Source of the DNA: Candidatus Odinarchaeota archaeon | GTDB lineage: Archaea; Asgardarchaeota; Odinarchaeia; Odinarchaeales; Odinarchaeaceae | Length of the DNA: 9,519 bases | NCBI GenBank assembly: GCA_038826135.1 | Contig: JAWBON010000046.1 | Location: 1-9,519 of the forward strand | Direction: 5' to 3' | Shown: positions 1 through 6,951 of the stretch, in pieces | Layout of the letters: each line of letters opens with the position of its first letter | Numbering within the stretch: position 1 is the first letter of the stretch | Program-made: the position numbers and the translations under genes | The notes under the pieces: generated by a model | The model's input: only the letters and a program-made list of their open reading frames with translations | Told to the model about the DNA's origin: nothing | The model's database searches: none

Positions 1-2
1 TT

Positions 3-320
3 AAAATAGACCATTACTGCCCTTTCAAAAGTATTTGTACAAAATGGACTTTTGCAATAATAGAGTTGTTAGCAAATTATGGTAAACTTAACTTTAACTC
101 AATCCAGAAACTCCTTAGAAAAACCGATAACATAACTTCAAGAGCTCTATCAGAGACTTTAAAAAAACTTTTAATAACCGGGTTAATAGATAGAAAAATA
201 ATGGGTGATAAACCACCCTTAGCCGTTTACGGTTTAACATTATTCGGGCAACAGTTTAGAAATAGACTGTATCCGGTTATACAATGGTTTGATTATTCTA
301 AAACATATAAAAGCCAGTAA
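3..320 (+). CDS. HxlR-family winged-helix transcriptional regulator, 5'-truncated by the window edge
   Basis: The frame of track ORF 66..320 is open back to position 3 (KIDHYCPFKSICTKWTFAIIELLANYG...). This adds the HxlR N-terminal CP...KW motif to the LNF, ITSRALSETLKKL, GLIDR, PP and YGLT..G motifs. Confidence 0.85.
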   Translation, partial: KIDHYCPFKSICTKWTFAIIELLANYGKLNFNSIQKLLRKTDNITSRALSETLKKLLITGLIDRKIMGDKPPLAVYGLTLFGQQFRNRLYPVIQWFDYSKTYKSQ

Positions 321-443
321 ACCCGTATTTTTAAGAATAAATTTAATATTTATGAACGATACCCTTATTATTGTGCATTTAATTCTTCAACTGTGAGTTT
401 ACATATTATTGTTTTTAAAAATATGAACGGTTAGATTGCTTTG

Positions 444-2495
444 ATGAAAGCTGTTGACGTTAACATCTCCGACGTGAATAGAGTTGTAATAGGTATTGAT
501 ATTCTTCCCGGCTCATCAGTTCACAGTATCAGCCGCCCTAAATATGCGATGGCGGTCCTATGCAACGGTGATTTTAAAGAGTTAAAAGATAAGGTCACTC
601 TTACAGATATCATATATCACGCTGTCAAATATAATGCGAGTATTTTAGCTGTTGATAACATTTTCGAGGTTGTCGCAAGCGGTAAGGAGGTTTACAGGCT
701 TCTTTTAAAACTTCCAGAAAACGTTAAACTAGTACAGGTTACCGGCGCACCGGGTTATTTAATGAAACCAGTTCACATTATAGCCAGCGAGCAGGGGTTA
801 GATGTTAAAGGCCATTTAAGCCCGTTAGAAAACGCTAAGATACTTGCAGTTTTAGCCTCGCGAAAAATCGGGTTTGAAATTAAAGCTTTTGAAAATGAAA
901 CAGTAGTGACTGTTTCAAGGAGCCGGAATCTTGGTCCAGGCGGCTCCAGCCAAACTAGGTTAAGACGGAGGCTTCACAGCTTTATTCTCAACGCCACCAG
1001 GGATATCGAATGTAAACTTAAGGAAGCGGGGGTTGAATATGAACTTATTACTAAAGAGTCTGATTTCGGCCTAGACAGCAGCAAATTTATCGTCAACGCT
1101 AATAAAAGCGATTTGAAAAAGATTATACGACAGGTGAAAGGACCTGATATAAAGGTGAGTATAAAACCTGTTAGAAGCAAGAGTATTTCATATCTTCCCC
1201 TATCCGGTGAGATGAGGACTTTCAACGCTGAGAGACGGCTTATTATAGGCGTTGACCCGGGTATCACTACAGGTTTAGCTATCATCGACTTGGATGGTAA
1301 TATTCTCGACTTGAAAAGTTCTAAGATGTTTTCTAAAGGAGAGGTTCTTAACTATATTAGAGAATACGGCTTACCGCTTATCTACGCCTGTGACACTATG
1401 CAGGTTCCCGAGTTGATAGTTAAATTAGCTAACGCAACCCGCTCGAAGATATTTTCACCTAGAAGAATAATGAGCATAGCCGAGAAGCAGGAGCTCGTGT
1501 ATAATTTCACCAGAGGGTGCATGGTTAAAATAACGAATTCGCATAAACGTGATGCACTAGCAGCGGCTGTTAAAGCATATCATTATTATAAACCGATTTT
1601 CGACAAGATTGATCTAAAACTCTCTAAGACACCTTATTTTATACCAGCGAATAAGGTTAAAGCGGAAGTTATAATGTGTGAAAAATCTATTTCCAAGGCT
1701 ATCACTGATCTTTCACCTAAAGATAAAACTGTTGAACAGGTAAGTGTAGATAAAACTGAAACCAAGCCAATATTATCCGAGGAAAACATTATAGTTAAAG
1801 AACTTAAAAAACAGGTGGCGAATCTCACAGCCTTCAACCAACAGCTTAAAAATGAGAATGAAATGCTCAGAGCTAAAATAAAGGAGCTTGAAGAACGGTC
1901 CAGCGCGTTATTAAACGAGGAAATGTTAAAGCAGAGACGTGAACGCGCTTTCCAGCTAAAAGAGCAGGAGATAATTAAACTAAGAGAACAGTTAAATGAG
2001 CTTAGAAATACGATAGGTTATCTGCAAAGCGAGATACATAAGCTGAAAAGTATAAAAACACTTGAAGCGCAGGGGAAAATCCAACCTGTGAAGATAGCCC
2101 GCGCATTCTCGAAAGAAGCTTTAGCTGAACTAGATGAAGTTTACGGGATACTTAAAAACGATATCATATTCTTAGAGGATGCTGCCGGAGGCGGTTCGGG
2201 AACAGCTGAAATGCTTATTGAGAGAGGTGTTAAAGCGATAATAGCGAGAAACGATATGTCTCATCTGGCTTTAGAGAAACTGATAACCGCAGAGATACCT
2301 GTAATACCCGTAGAAGCAGTGGATATGTCGAAATACAGTGAATTCTACGCTGTAGATAAGGATAAATTCGATAAAATCTATACCAGATTTCTAGACGATA
2401 TTCGTAGAAGAAAGACGGCTCTAACTGTTGAAAAACTTATTGAAATAATCAACGAGTATAGACAGAATAGGGTAACTGATACGGTAAACCCTTAG
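444..2495 (+). CDS. DUF460 (COG2433) archaeal protein with predicted RNase H-fold (RuvC/YqgF-like) nuclease domain and coiled coil
   Basis: Motifs GIDI, AVDNIFE, LVQVTG, VSRSRNLGPGGSSQ, IIGVDPGITTGLAIIDLDG and HKRDALAAA. A long heptad-rich segment runs from VKELKKQV to EIHKLK. ATG at 444, with TTG 441 as alternative. Confidence 0.85.
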   Translation: MKAVDVNISDVNRVVIGIDILPGSSVHSISRPKYAMAVLCNGDFKELKDKVTLTDIIYHAVKYNASILAVDNIFEVVASGKEVYRLLLKLPENVKLVQVTGAPGYLMKPVHIIASEQGLDVKGHLSPLENAKILAVLASRKIGFEIKAFENETVVTVSRSRNLGPGGSSQTRLRRRLHSFILNATRDIECKLKEAGVEYELITKESDFGLDSSKFIVNANKSDLKKIIRQVKGPDIKVSIKPVRSKSISYLPLSGEMRTFNAERRLIIGVDPGITTGLAIIDLDGNILDLKSSKMFSKGEVLNYIREYGLPLIYACDTMQVPELIVKLANATRSKIFSPRRIMSIAEKQELVYNFTRGCMVKITNSHKRDALAAAVKAYHYYKPIFDKIDLKLSKTPYFIPANKVKAEVIMCEKSISKAITDLSPKDKTVEQVSVDKTETKPILSEENIIVKELKKQVANLTAFNQQLKNENEMLRAKIKELEERSSALLNEEMLKQRRERAFQLKEQEIIKLREQLNELRNTIGYLQSEIHKLKSIKTLEAQGKIQPVKIARAFSKEALAELDEVYGILKNDIIFLEDAAGGGSGTAEMLIERGVKAIIARNDMSHLALEKLITAEIPVIPVEAVDMSKYSEFYAVDKDKFDKIYTRFLDDIRRRKTALTVEKLIEIINEYRQNRVTDTVNP

Positions 2496-2514
2496 GTTGG
2501 TGTTACTCTATTCT
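2464..2514. repeat. 13-bp inverted repeat (one G-T pair) enclosing the shared stop codons of DUF460 and Sm
   Basis: AGAATAGGGTAAC (2464-2476) pairs with GTTACTCTATTCT (2502-2514). The 25-nt loop contains AACC-CTTA-GGTT (2487-2498). Confidence 0.7.
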
Positions 2515-2752
2515 TCAACCAGTCGAGCGTCACATCAGGCTTAATATATAATATATTATTACCGCGAATGAATATTTCCCCGTATCTTGCAATAGGCTTA
2601 TCATCCTCTATCTCTTCAGCCTCTGCTAGAACAATATTCATGTAAACATCCATTTCTGTAAGTCGACCGACATACTCTTTTTTATTCTTTAACTTGACTA
2701 GAACAAGGTTGTTAAGTGCTTTTGAAAGAAGTTTGAGCGGTTGTCTCTCCAA
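2492..2752 (-). CDS. Sm/Lsm-family RNA-binding protein (SmAP2-like)
   Basis: Sm1 motif VLVKLK..EYVGRL..MDVYMNIVL and Sm2 motif YGEIFIRGNNILYI. TTG start preceded by GGAGG at 2765-2761. Confidence 0.93.
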   Translation of the reverse strand: MERQPLKLLSKALNNLVLVKLKNKKEYVGRLTEMDVYMNIVLAEAEEIEDDKPIARYGEIFIRGNNILYIKPDVTLDWLKNRVTPT

Positions 2753-2800
2753 AATATAATCCTCCCGGAATTTAGACAGTATAAACGTTTTACACGGCTT

Positions 2801-2817
2801 ATTTAATAAACTTTTGG
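2801..2817 (-). promoter_or_regulatory. Putative BRE/TATA promoter of the Sm gene
   Basis: Minus strand reads CCAAAAG-TTTATTAAAT. The spacing would place the GGAGG Shine-Dalgarno inside the leader. Confidence 0.4.
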
Positions 2818-2975
2818 ATTATTTAAGAGCGTGTTCAATTTAATAAATAATATTGAAGCATAAATTACGGGGGTATAAATTGGAGAATCGCGCTTCAAAA
2901 ACGCACTTAAATAATATAAAAAATAGTGGAGTTGAATATCCAGAGCGGATTAACCAAGTGGCAGCGGATAAGGAG

Positions 2976-3824
2976 ATGGGAAACCATCTTATAGGGTTCC
3001 ATGTGTCAATTCAGGGTTCAATAGACTTAGCTGTTGAAAGAGCTTCACGATTAGGTTGCACAACATTTCAGCTTTTTACTACAAACCCGCGCGGGTGGAA
3101 GCCTAGAATTTTAAGCGAGACCGAGGTTGAAAAATTCACCATTAAAAAAAGTACGGCTGGTTTTAAAACCGTATTTTCACATATGCCTTATCTTCCAAAT
3201 CTAGCATCCCCTAAATTCGACGTTTACAATAAGTCTGTTGCAGCCCTCTTAGGAGAGGTGAACAGGTGTATACTGCTTGGGATACCTTTCATTGTAACCC
3301 ATTTAGGCTCACACCTCGGAGACGGTTACAAGAAGGGTTTAATAAGAGTTGCAGATGCGCTTAACAAGGCTGTTAGCTTATCTAAAGGTAGAGTGAAAAT
3401 TCTTTTAGAGAACACTGCAGGGTCTGGTAATAGTATGGGTTCAAGATTTGAGCAGATTAATCAGATATTAGATGAAGTGCATGATGAAAACATCGGAGTG
3501 TGTTTCGACACATGCCACGGTTGGGCTGCAGGCTACGATATTAAAACTGTTAAAGGGGTTAGTGAAACTGTTGAAAGCTTAGATCAGACTATAGGTCTTG
3601 AAAAAGTCTATTTAATACACTTAAATGATTCGATTGGAGAATTAGGCTCCCATATAGATAGACATGAGCATATAGGTTTAGGCAGAATAGGGGTTGAGGG
3701 TTTTAAAAACTTTCTTAAAAGTGCTTTAGGTAAACTGCCTTTAATCTTGGAGACCCCTATTGACCAGAGACGGAGTGATCTAGAGAATTTGATGACGGTT
3801 AGAAAAATCATATCTGAATTATAA
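2976..3824 (+). CDS. nfo: Endonuclease IV (AP endonuclease family 2)
   Basis: Motifs GFHVS, HMPY..NLAS, HLG, LLENTAG, CFDTCH, HLND, DRHEHIG and ILETP carry the trinuclear Zn ligands. Homology begins at ATG 2976 (GTG 2958 possible), not at the track start 2853. Confidence 0.95.
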   Translation: MGNHLIGFHVSIQGSIDLAVERASRLGCTTFQLFTTNPRGWKPRILSETEVEKFTIKKSTAGFKTVFSHMPYLPNLASPKFDVYNKSVAALLGEVNRCILLGIPFIVTHLGSHLGDGYKKGLIRVADALNKAVSLSKGRVKILLENTAGSGNSMGSRFEQINQILDEVHDENIGVCFDTCHGWAAGYDIKTVKGVSETVESLDQTIGLEKVYLIHLNDSIGELGSHIDRHEHIGLGRIGVEGFKNFLKSALGKLPLILETPIDQRRSDLENLMTVRKIISEL

Positions 3825-4460
3825 CTCTACAATATGCTCGGATATTCTACCGGCCTCGGATATTATGATCACACGGTAACCTATACTGGTCTGAGTTATT
3901 TTAACCCAATCTAAGCCGGCTTTTGCACTTATAGTTTTAAACTGTTCGAGATAGTCTTTAAAAGAATCTAGAAAACGTCTAAGCGTGTAATTTGAGGTAT
4001 CATCCGGGTTGAAGTTTAAAGGCAGTTCTGCTCTATAAATGGCTTTAATTTTTGGAAGCGTGAAATTAAGATAAAAGAATATTTTATGATTAGCTTGCTC
4101 TCCAACGCCAAGTATCCAATCAGATTTGATATTTTTTAAATCTTCTAAAATTCTTCTACGCGCATAACTTTCCAAAGGGCTGGGGAAGCATAATGACCCT
4201 ACCAGTCTCCTGAGAGTTAAAGTCTGATCTACACACTCAGCGGGAGTGTATCCTAGGCTTAAATTAGTAGATATATGCTTTTTGAAATCCTCTTTCACAC
4301 TTGACCGGCGGGAAAACGCGTTTACAGCCGGCTCAGCTAGTAAACCACCGTGATATATAATAGTGGACTTCTTTACAGAGTTATTAGGTGGAATTATAAA
4401 CTCTAATAATTCACGTTTTAAATTGCTCTCTAACATTTTCAAAAGTTTTTCGATAAACAT
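3819..4460 (-). CDS. Hypothetical protein (213 aa), no family recognised
   Basis: Long ATG-started ORF filling the space between nfo and the acr3 promoter. Its stop interlocks with the nfo stop, and a TATA-like TTTAAGTA lies about 31-38 nt upstream. Confidence 0.7.
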   Translation of the reverse strand: MFIEKLLKMLESNLKRELLEFIIPPNNSVKKSTIIYHGGLLAEPAVNAFSRRSSVKEDFKKHISTNLSLGYTPAECVDQTLTLRRLVGSLCFPSPLESYARRRILEDLKNIKSDWILGVGEQANHKIFFYLNFTLPKIKAIYRAELPLNFNPDDTSNYTLRRFLDSFKDYLEQFKTISAKAGLDWVKITQTSIGYRVIIISEAGRISEHIVEL

Positions 4461-4489
4461 TTTTAATCAAACAGTTAAAAACTCGGGGT

Positions 4490-4544
4490 ATACTTAAATC
4501 TAACGGATAGCAAAAATTTGCAGAATTATATAAATTTTAAGTAT
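4490..4544. promoter_or_regulatory. Back-to-back divergent archaeal promoters (orphan gene / acr3)
   Basis: ATACTTAAA (4490-4498) and TTTAAGTAT (4536-4544) are perfect inverted copies. The plus-strand box is preceded by ATAAAT (4530-4535), matching the BRE consensus RNWAAW. Confidence 0.5.
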
Positions 4545-4546
4545 TT

Positions 4547-4570
4547 TCATATAGAAAATTTTAAATATGA
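4547..4570. promoter_or_regulatory. 24-bp imperfect palindrome, putative ArsR operator
   Basis: TCATAT-ag-AAAATTTT-aa-ATATGA, with 10 of 12 symmetric pairs. It lies between the TATA box and the acr3 start. Confidence 0.5.
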
Positions 4571-4599
4571 TATTATATTATTTTAAACGGCGCATTAAT

Positions 4600-5670
4600 A
4601 TGAGTTCTTGCAAAGTCGGAGGGCTCAGCATTATTGATAGATTATTGAGCTTGTGGATAGCTGTAGGAATTATTATAGGCTTAGCACTCGGTAAACTAGC
4701 TCCCTGGCTTAATATCTATCTACAGTATGGTATACCAGTAGGATTATTCTTCATGATCTACCCTGCCATGGTTAAAATTGATTTAACCGATTTAAAAAAA
4801 GCGTTAAAAAGTAAAAGAGAGGTAGGGTTAGTTGCATTATTAAATTATGCCATTAACCCTTTTCTAGTTTATTTTATTGGTTTTATATTCTTCAGTCTAA
4901 TTTTCCCATCTTTAGGTTTATTAAATGCAGGAACAGCGAGCGCTTTATGGACTGGTCTTATACTTTTAGGAGTTGCTCCCTGTATAGCCATGGTGTTGGT
5001 GTGGACTGATTTAGCTCAGGGTAATGGCCCGCTAGGAATAGTTTTAATGGCTTGGAATTCAATAATTCAAATTATAACAACACCCTTATACATAGCATTA
5101 TTAGTAGGAACCTATGTTCCCATTAATGTTTTATCAATAGGGGAAAGCGTGTTACTATACCTTGGACTACCGCTTATAGCGGGGGCTATAACACGCAGAT
5201 TTGTTTTAAAAAGAAAAGGCGCATTATGGTTCGCTGAAAAATTGAATCCGCCTCTTGGAAGTTTACAGCTTCTTTCCCTATTATTCACCATGGTAGTCAT
5301 GTTCTCGCTTCAAGGTTACGTTATATTAGATAACCCGCAGCTTATATTATTCATGGTTCCGCCGCTAGTTATCTTCATATTCTTATTATATAATTCAGCG
5401 TATTTCCTATCTAGAAAAACAGGGTACAATTACTGTGACTCAACAACTATAGGATTCCACGCTACAGGAAGAAATTTTGAGTTGGCGATAGCGATAGCAA
5501 TCACAGCTTTCGCTTCAACCCCGTTAGTTGCAGTTTCAACTGTAATAGGCCCGCTAATAGAGATACCTGTAATGCTAACTTTAGTTAAAATCAGTCTTAG
5601 AAGAAGAAAAAGAGAGGAGCAAACACAAGTTTCAGAAAAAACATCTATAATAATTAAAACTAGTAATTAA
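4600..5670 (+). CDS. acr3: Acr3-family arsenite/antimonite efflux transporter
   Basis: Motifs LSIIDRLLSLW, MIYPAMVKID, GVAPCIAMVLVWT (essential Cys), RNFELAIA and GPLIEIPVML, with about 10 hydrophobic segments. ATG 4600 fits homologue length; ATG 4567 is an alternative. Confidence 0.95.
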   Translation: MSSCKVGGLSIIDRLLSLWIAVGIIIGLALGKLAPWLNIYLQYGIPVGLFFMIYPAMVKIDLTDLKKALKSKREVGLVALLNYAINPFLVYFIGFIFFSLIFPSLGLLNAGTASALWTGLILLGVAPCIAMVLVWTDLAQGNGPLGIVLMAWNSIIQIITTPLYIALLVGTYVPINVLSIGESVLLYLGLPLIAGAITRRFVLKRKGALWFAEKLNPPLGSLQLLSLLFTMVVMFSLQGYVILDNPQLILFMVPPLVIFIFLLYNSAYFLSRKTGYNYCDSTTIGFHATGRNFELAIAIAITAFASTPLVAVSTVIGPLIEIPVMLTLVKISLRRRKREEQTQVSEKTSIIIKTSN

Positions 5671-6038
5671 TGAATATCTAATAAAAATTTCAAAAATTTT
5701 CTACCATTATTTGAAAGCGCATAGTGTTTCCACCTCCACGCTACTCTAGAAGAGATCAGACCTGCTTCCTCTAACATTTGCAGGTGATGGGAAGTAGTGG
5801 GCTGAGATAAGCCCAGTAGCACATTAATTTCACACCCGCACAAATCTCTTTCAAACAGTAATAAAATTATTTTTAACCGGTTAATATTACTTACAGCTTT
5901 CAAAACGCTACTAATTTTTTTAACTCGCTCACTACTCAACTTGTTTCGGATATTCTTGAGTAAGAGCATATATGAAGATAAATCCATGTTCACACATTTT
6001 TCCCGAATTAAACGACTTAGCCTTTCCTGCTGCTCCAA
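5667..6038 (-). CDS. arsR: ArsR/SmtB-family metalloregulator with alpha-3 CxC site
   Basis: LKAVSNINRLKIILLL, DLCGCEI, LSQPTTSHHLQMLEEAGLI and WKHYAL. It is adjacent to acr3. TTG start at 6038; a downstream ATG start is possible. Confidence 0.9.
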   Translation of the reverse strand: MEQQERLSRLIREKCVNMDLSSYMLLLKNIRNKLSSERVKKISSVLKAVSNINRLKIILLLFERDLCGCEINVLLGLSQPTTSHHLQMLEEAGLISSRVAWRWKHYALSNNGRKFLKFLLDIH

Positions 6039-6236
6039 AGTTAATTCTATTTGATTATTCAGCCGAAACCACCTGCTAAAAATATTTTATCAATAATACG
6101 ACAGACTAGAATATTAAAACTATTTTAAAATTAAATTTAGCTAGATTTAGCTTTCTGCAAACTACACTTTAATTTATAAATAGATTCACAGGCGGGAGGG
6201 TAACTGTTAAACATTTTAGGATAAGCGTTAACTCTT

Positions 6237-6501
6237 TTATAGTTTATTTACTAACAGAGCTCTAACCTTATCTTTAAATTCTTCTATTTTTTTCAAATCT
6301 TTTTGCAATACGTTATAAACTTCTTTTAAATTAACTTTCAAATATGTGTGAACTATAATATTTCGGAATCCAGCTAAATCAGACATTTCTTTTCCTAAAG
6401 ATTCTTCAATTATGCCTTCGTCTACTAGAATTTGAAAAACCTCTCTATACGATTTCTAGTTCTCTTAAATGAGCTAAGATTCGTTTATTTTTAAAAGACA
6501 T
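6237..6501 (-). pseudogene. hepT: HEPN (DUF86/HepT-like) toxin pseudogene with internal deletion and frameshift
   Basis: ATG 6501 gives MSFKNKRILAHLRELEIV* (stop 6445-6447). A second frame, 6455..6237, gives KSYREVFQILVDEGII...LAGFRNIIVHTY...VNKL* with the Rx4HxY active site. The middle of the domain is absent. Confidence 0.88.
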
Positions 6502-6522
6502 TTCCTACACCATGTTCAATAA

Positions 6523-6951
6523 CTAGTGGATAGCTCGTTTTAATAATGCTTGATCAAACATTTTATACATTTCACTGTACTCTAAGTACTCTGATAAAAT
6601 ATTAAATTCATATTCTTGTCTCAAATCATCGCTTTCAGCGTAAATTAGTTTTCCATTCTTTATAACTTCATACTGAAATTCTATGGAACTATTATTTAAG
6701 GGTCTTACATCAAACTCAAACTTATAATTGAATTTCTTCTCTAACAGTCGACCCAGCTCCATAGCTTTTTTATAAAAGAGGTCTTCACCCATAACATTAC
6801 TGTTGAATAAAACAGCTACATCAATATCGTGAAAATCATTTCTTAAAATAAACGAGCCGTAAACATACACTAATCGAATACTCTTTATTAGAGACAGTTC
6901 GTTAGAAATAATTTCTAAAACATTATTTTTATCCAGAGATATTTGAACCAA
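6523..6951 (-). CDS. mntA: Minimal nucleotidyltransferase (MNT, MntA-like antitoxin)
   Basis: YVYGS-x8-DIDVAV, a third Asp in FDVRPLN, and GKLIY. It sits directly upstream of the HEPN remnant. TTG start. Confidence 0.9.
   Translation of the reverse strand: MVQISLDKNNVLEIISNELSLIKSIRLVYVYGSFILRNDFHDIDVAVLFNSNVMGEDLFYKKAMELGRLLEKKFNYKFEFDVRPLNNSSIEFQYEVIKNGKLIYAESDDLRQEYEFNILSEYLEYSEMYKMFDQALLKRAIH

Noticed and set aside
351-431. Direct repeat TATGAACGAT / TATGAACGGT
   Set aside because: Two short copies 71 bp apart, with no array or other supporting structure.
974-1837. Antisense ORFs 974..1285 and 1634..1837
   Set aside because: Both lie wholly inside DUF460 on the opposite strand and have no motifs, so they are shadow ORFs.
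2834-2857. TTCAAT-N12-ATTGAA inverted repeat between Sm and nfo
   Set aside because: Only 6-bp arms in very AT-rich DNA, which is expected by chance.
2853-2975. 41-aa N-terminal extension of endonuclease IV
   Set aside because: It has no similarity to Nfo and runs through AT-rich divergent promoter DNA, so it is probably an over-extended ORF call.
3608-3811. Antisense ORF of 67 aa
   Set aside because: Shadow of the nfo coding strand.
5112-5300. Antisense ORF of 62 aa
   Set aside because: Shadow of acr3.
6189-6211. GC-rich patch CAGGCGGGAGGGTAACTGTTAAA as a possible att remnant of the tRNA
   Set aside because: Only 7/8 similarity to CCCACCCG of the tRNA 3' half, plus a CTGTTAAA shared with the tRNA 5' flank. 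This is too short to call an att site.
6137-6214. 25-aa minus-strand ORF MFNSYPPACESIYKLKCSLQKAKSS
   Set aside because: Very short, no ribosome-binding site or homology evidence, and it overlaps probable arsR upstream regulatory DNA.
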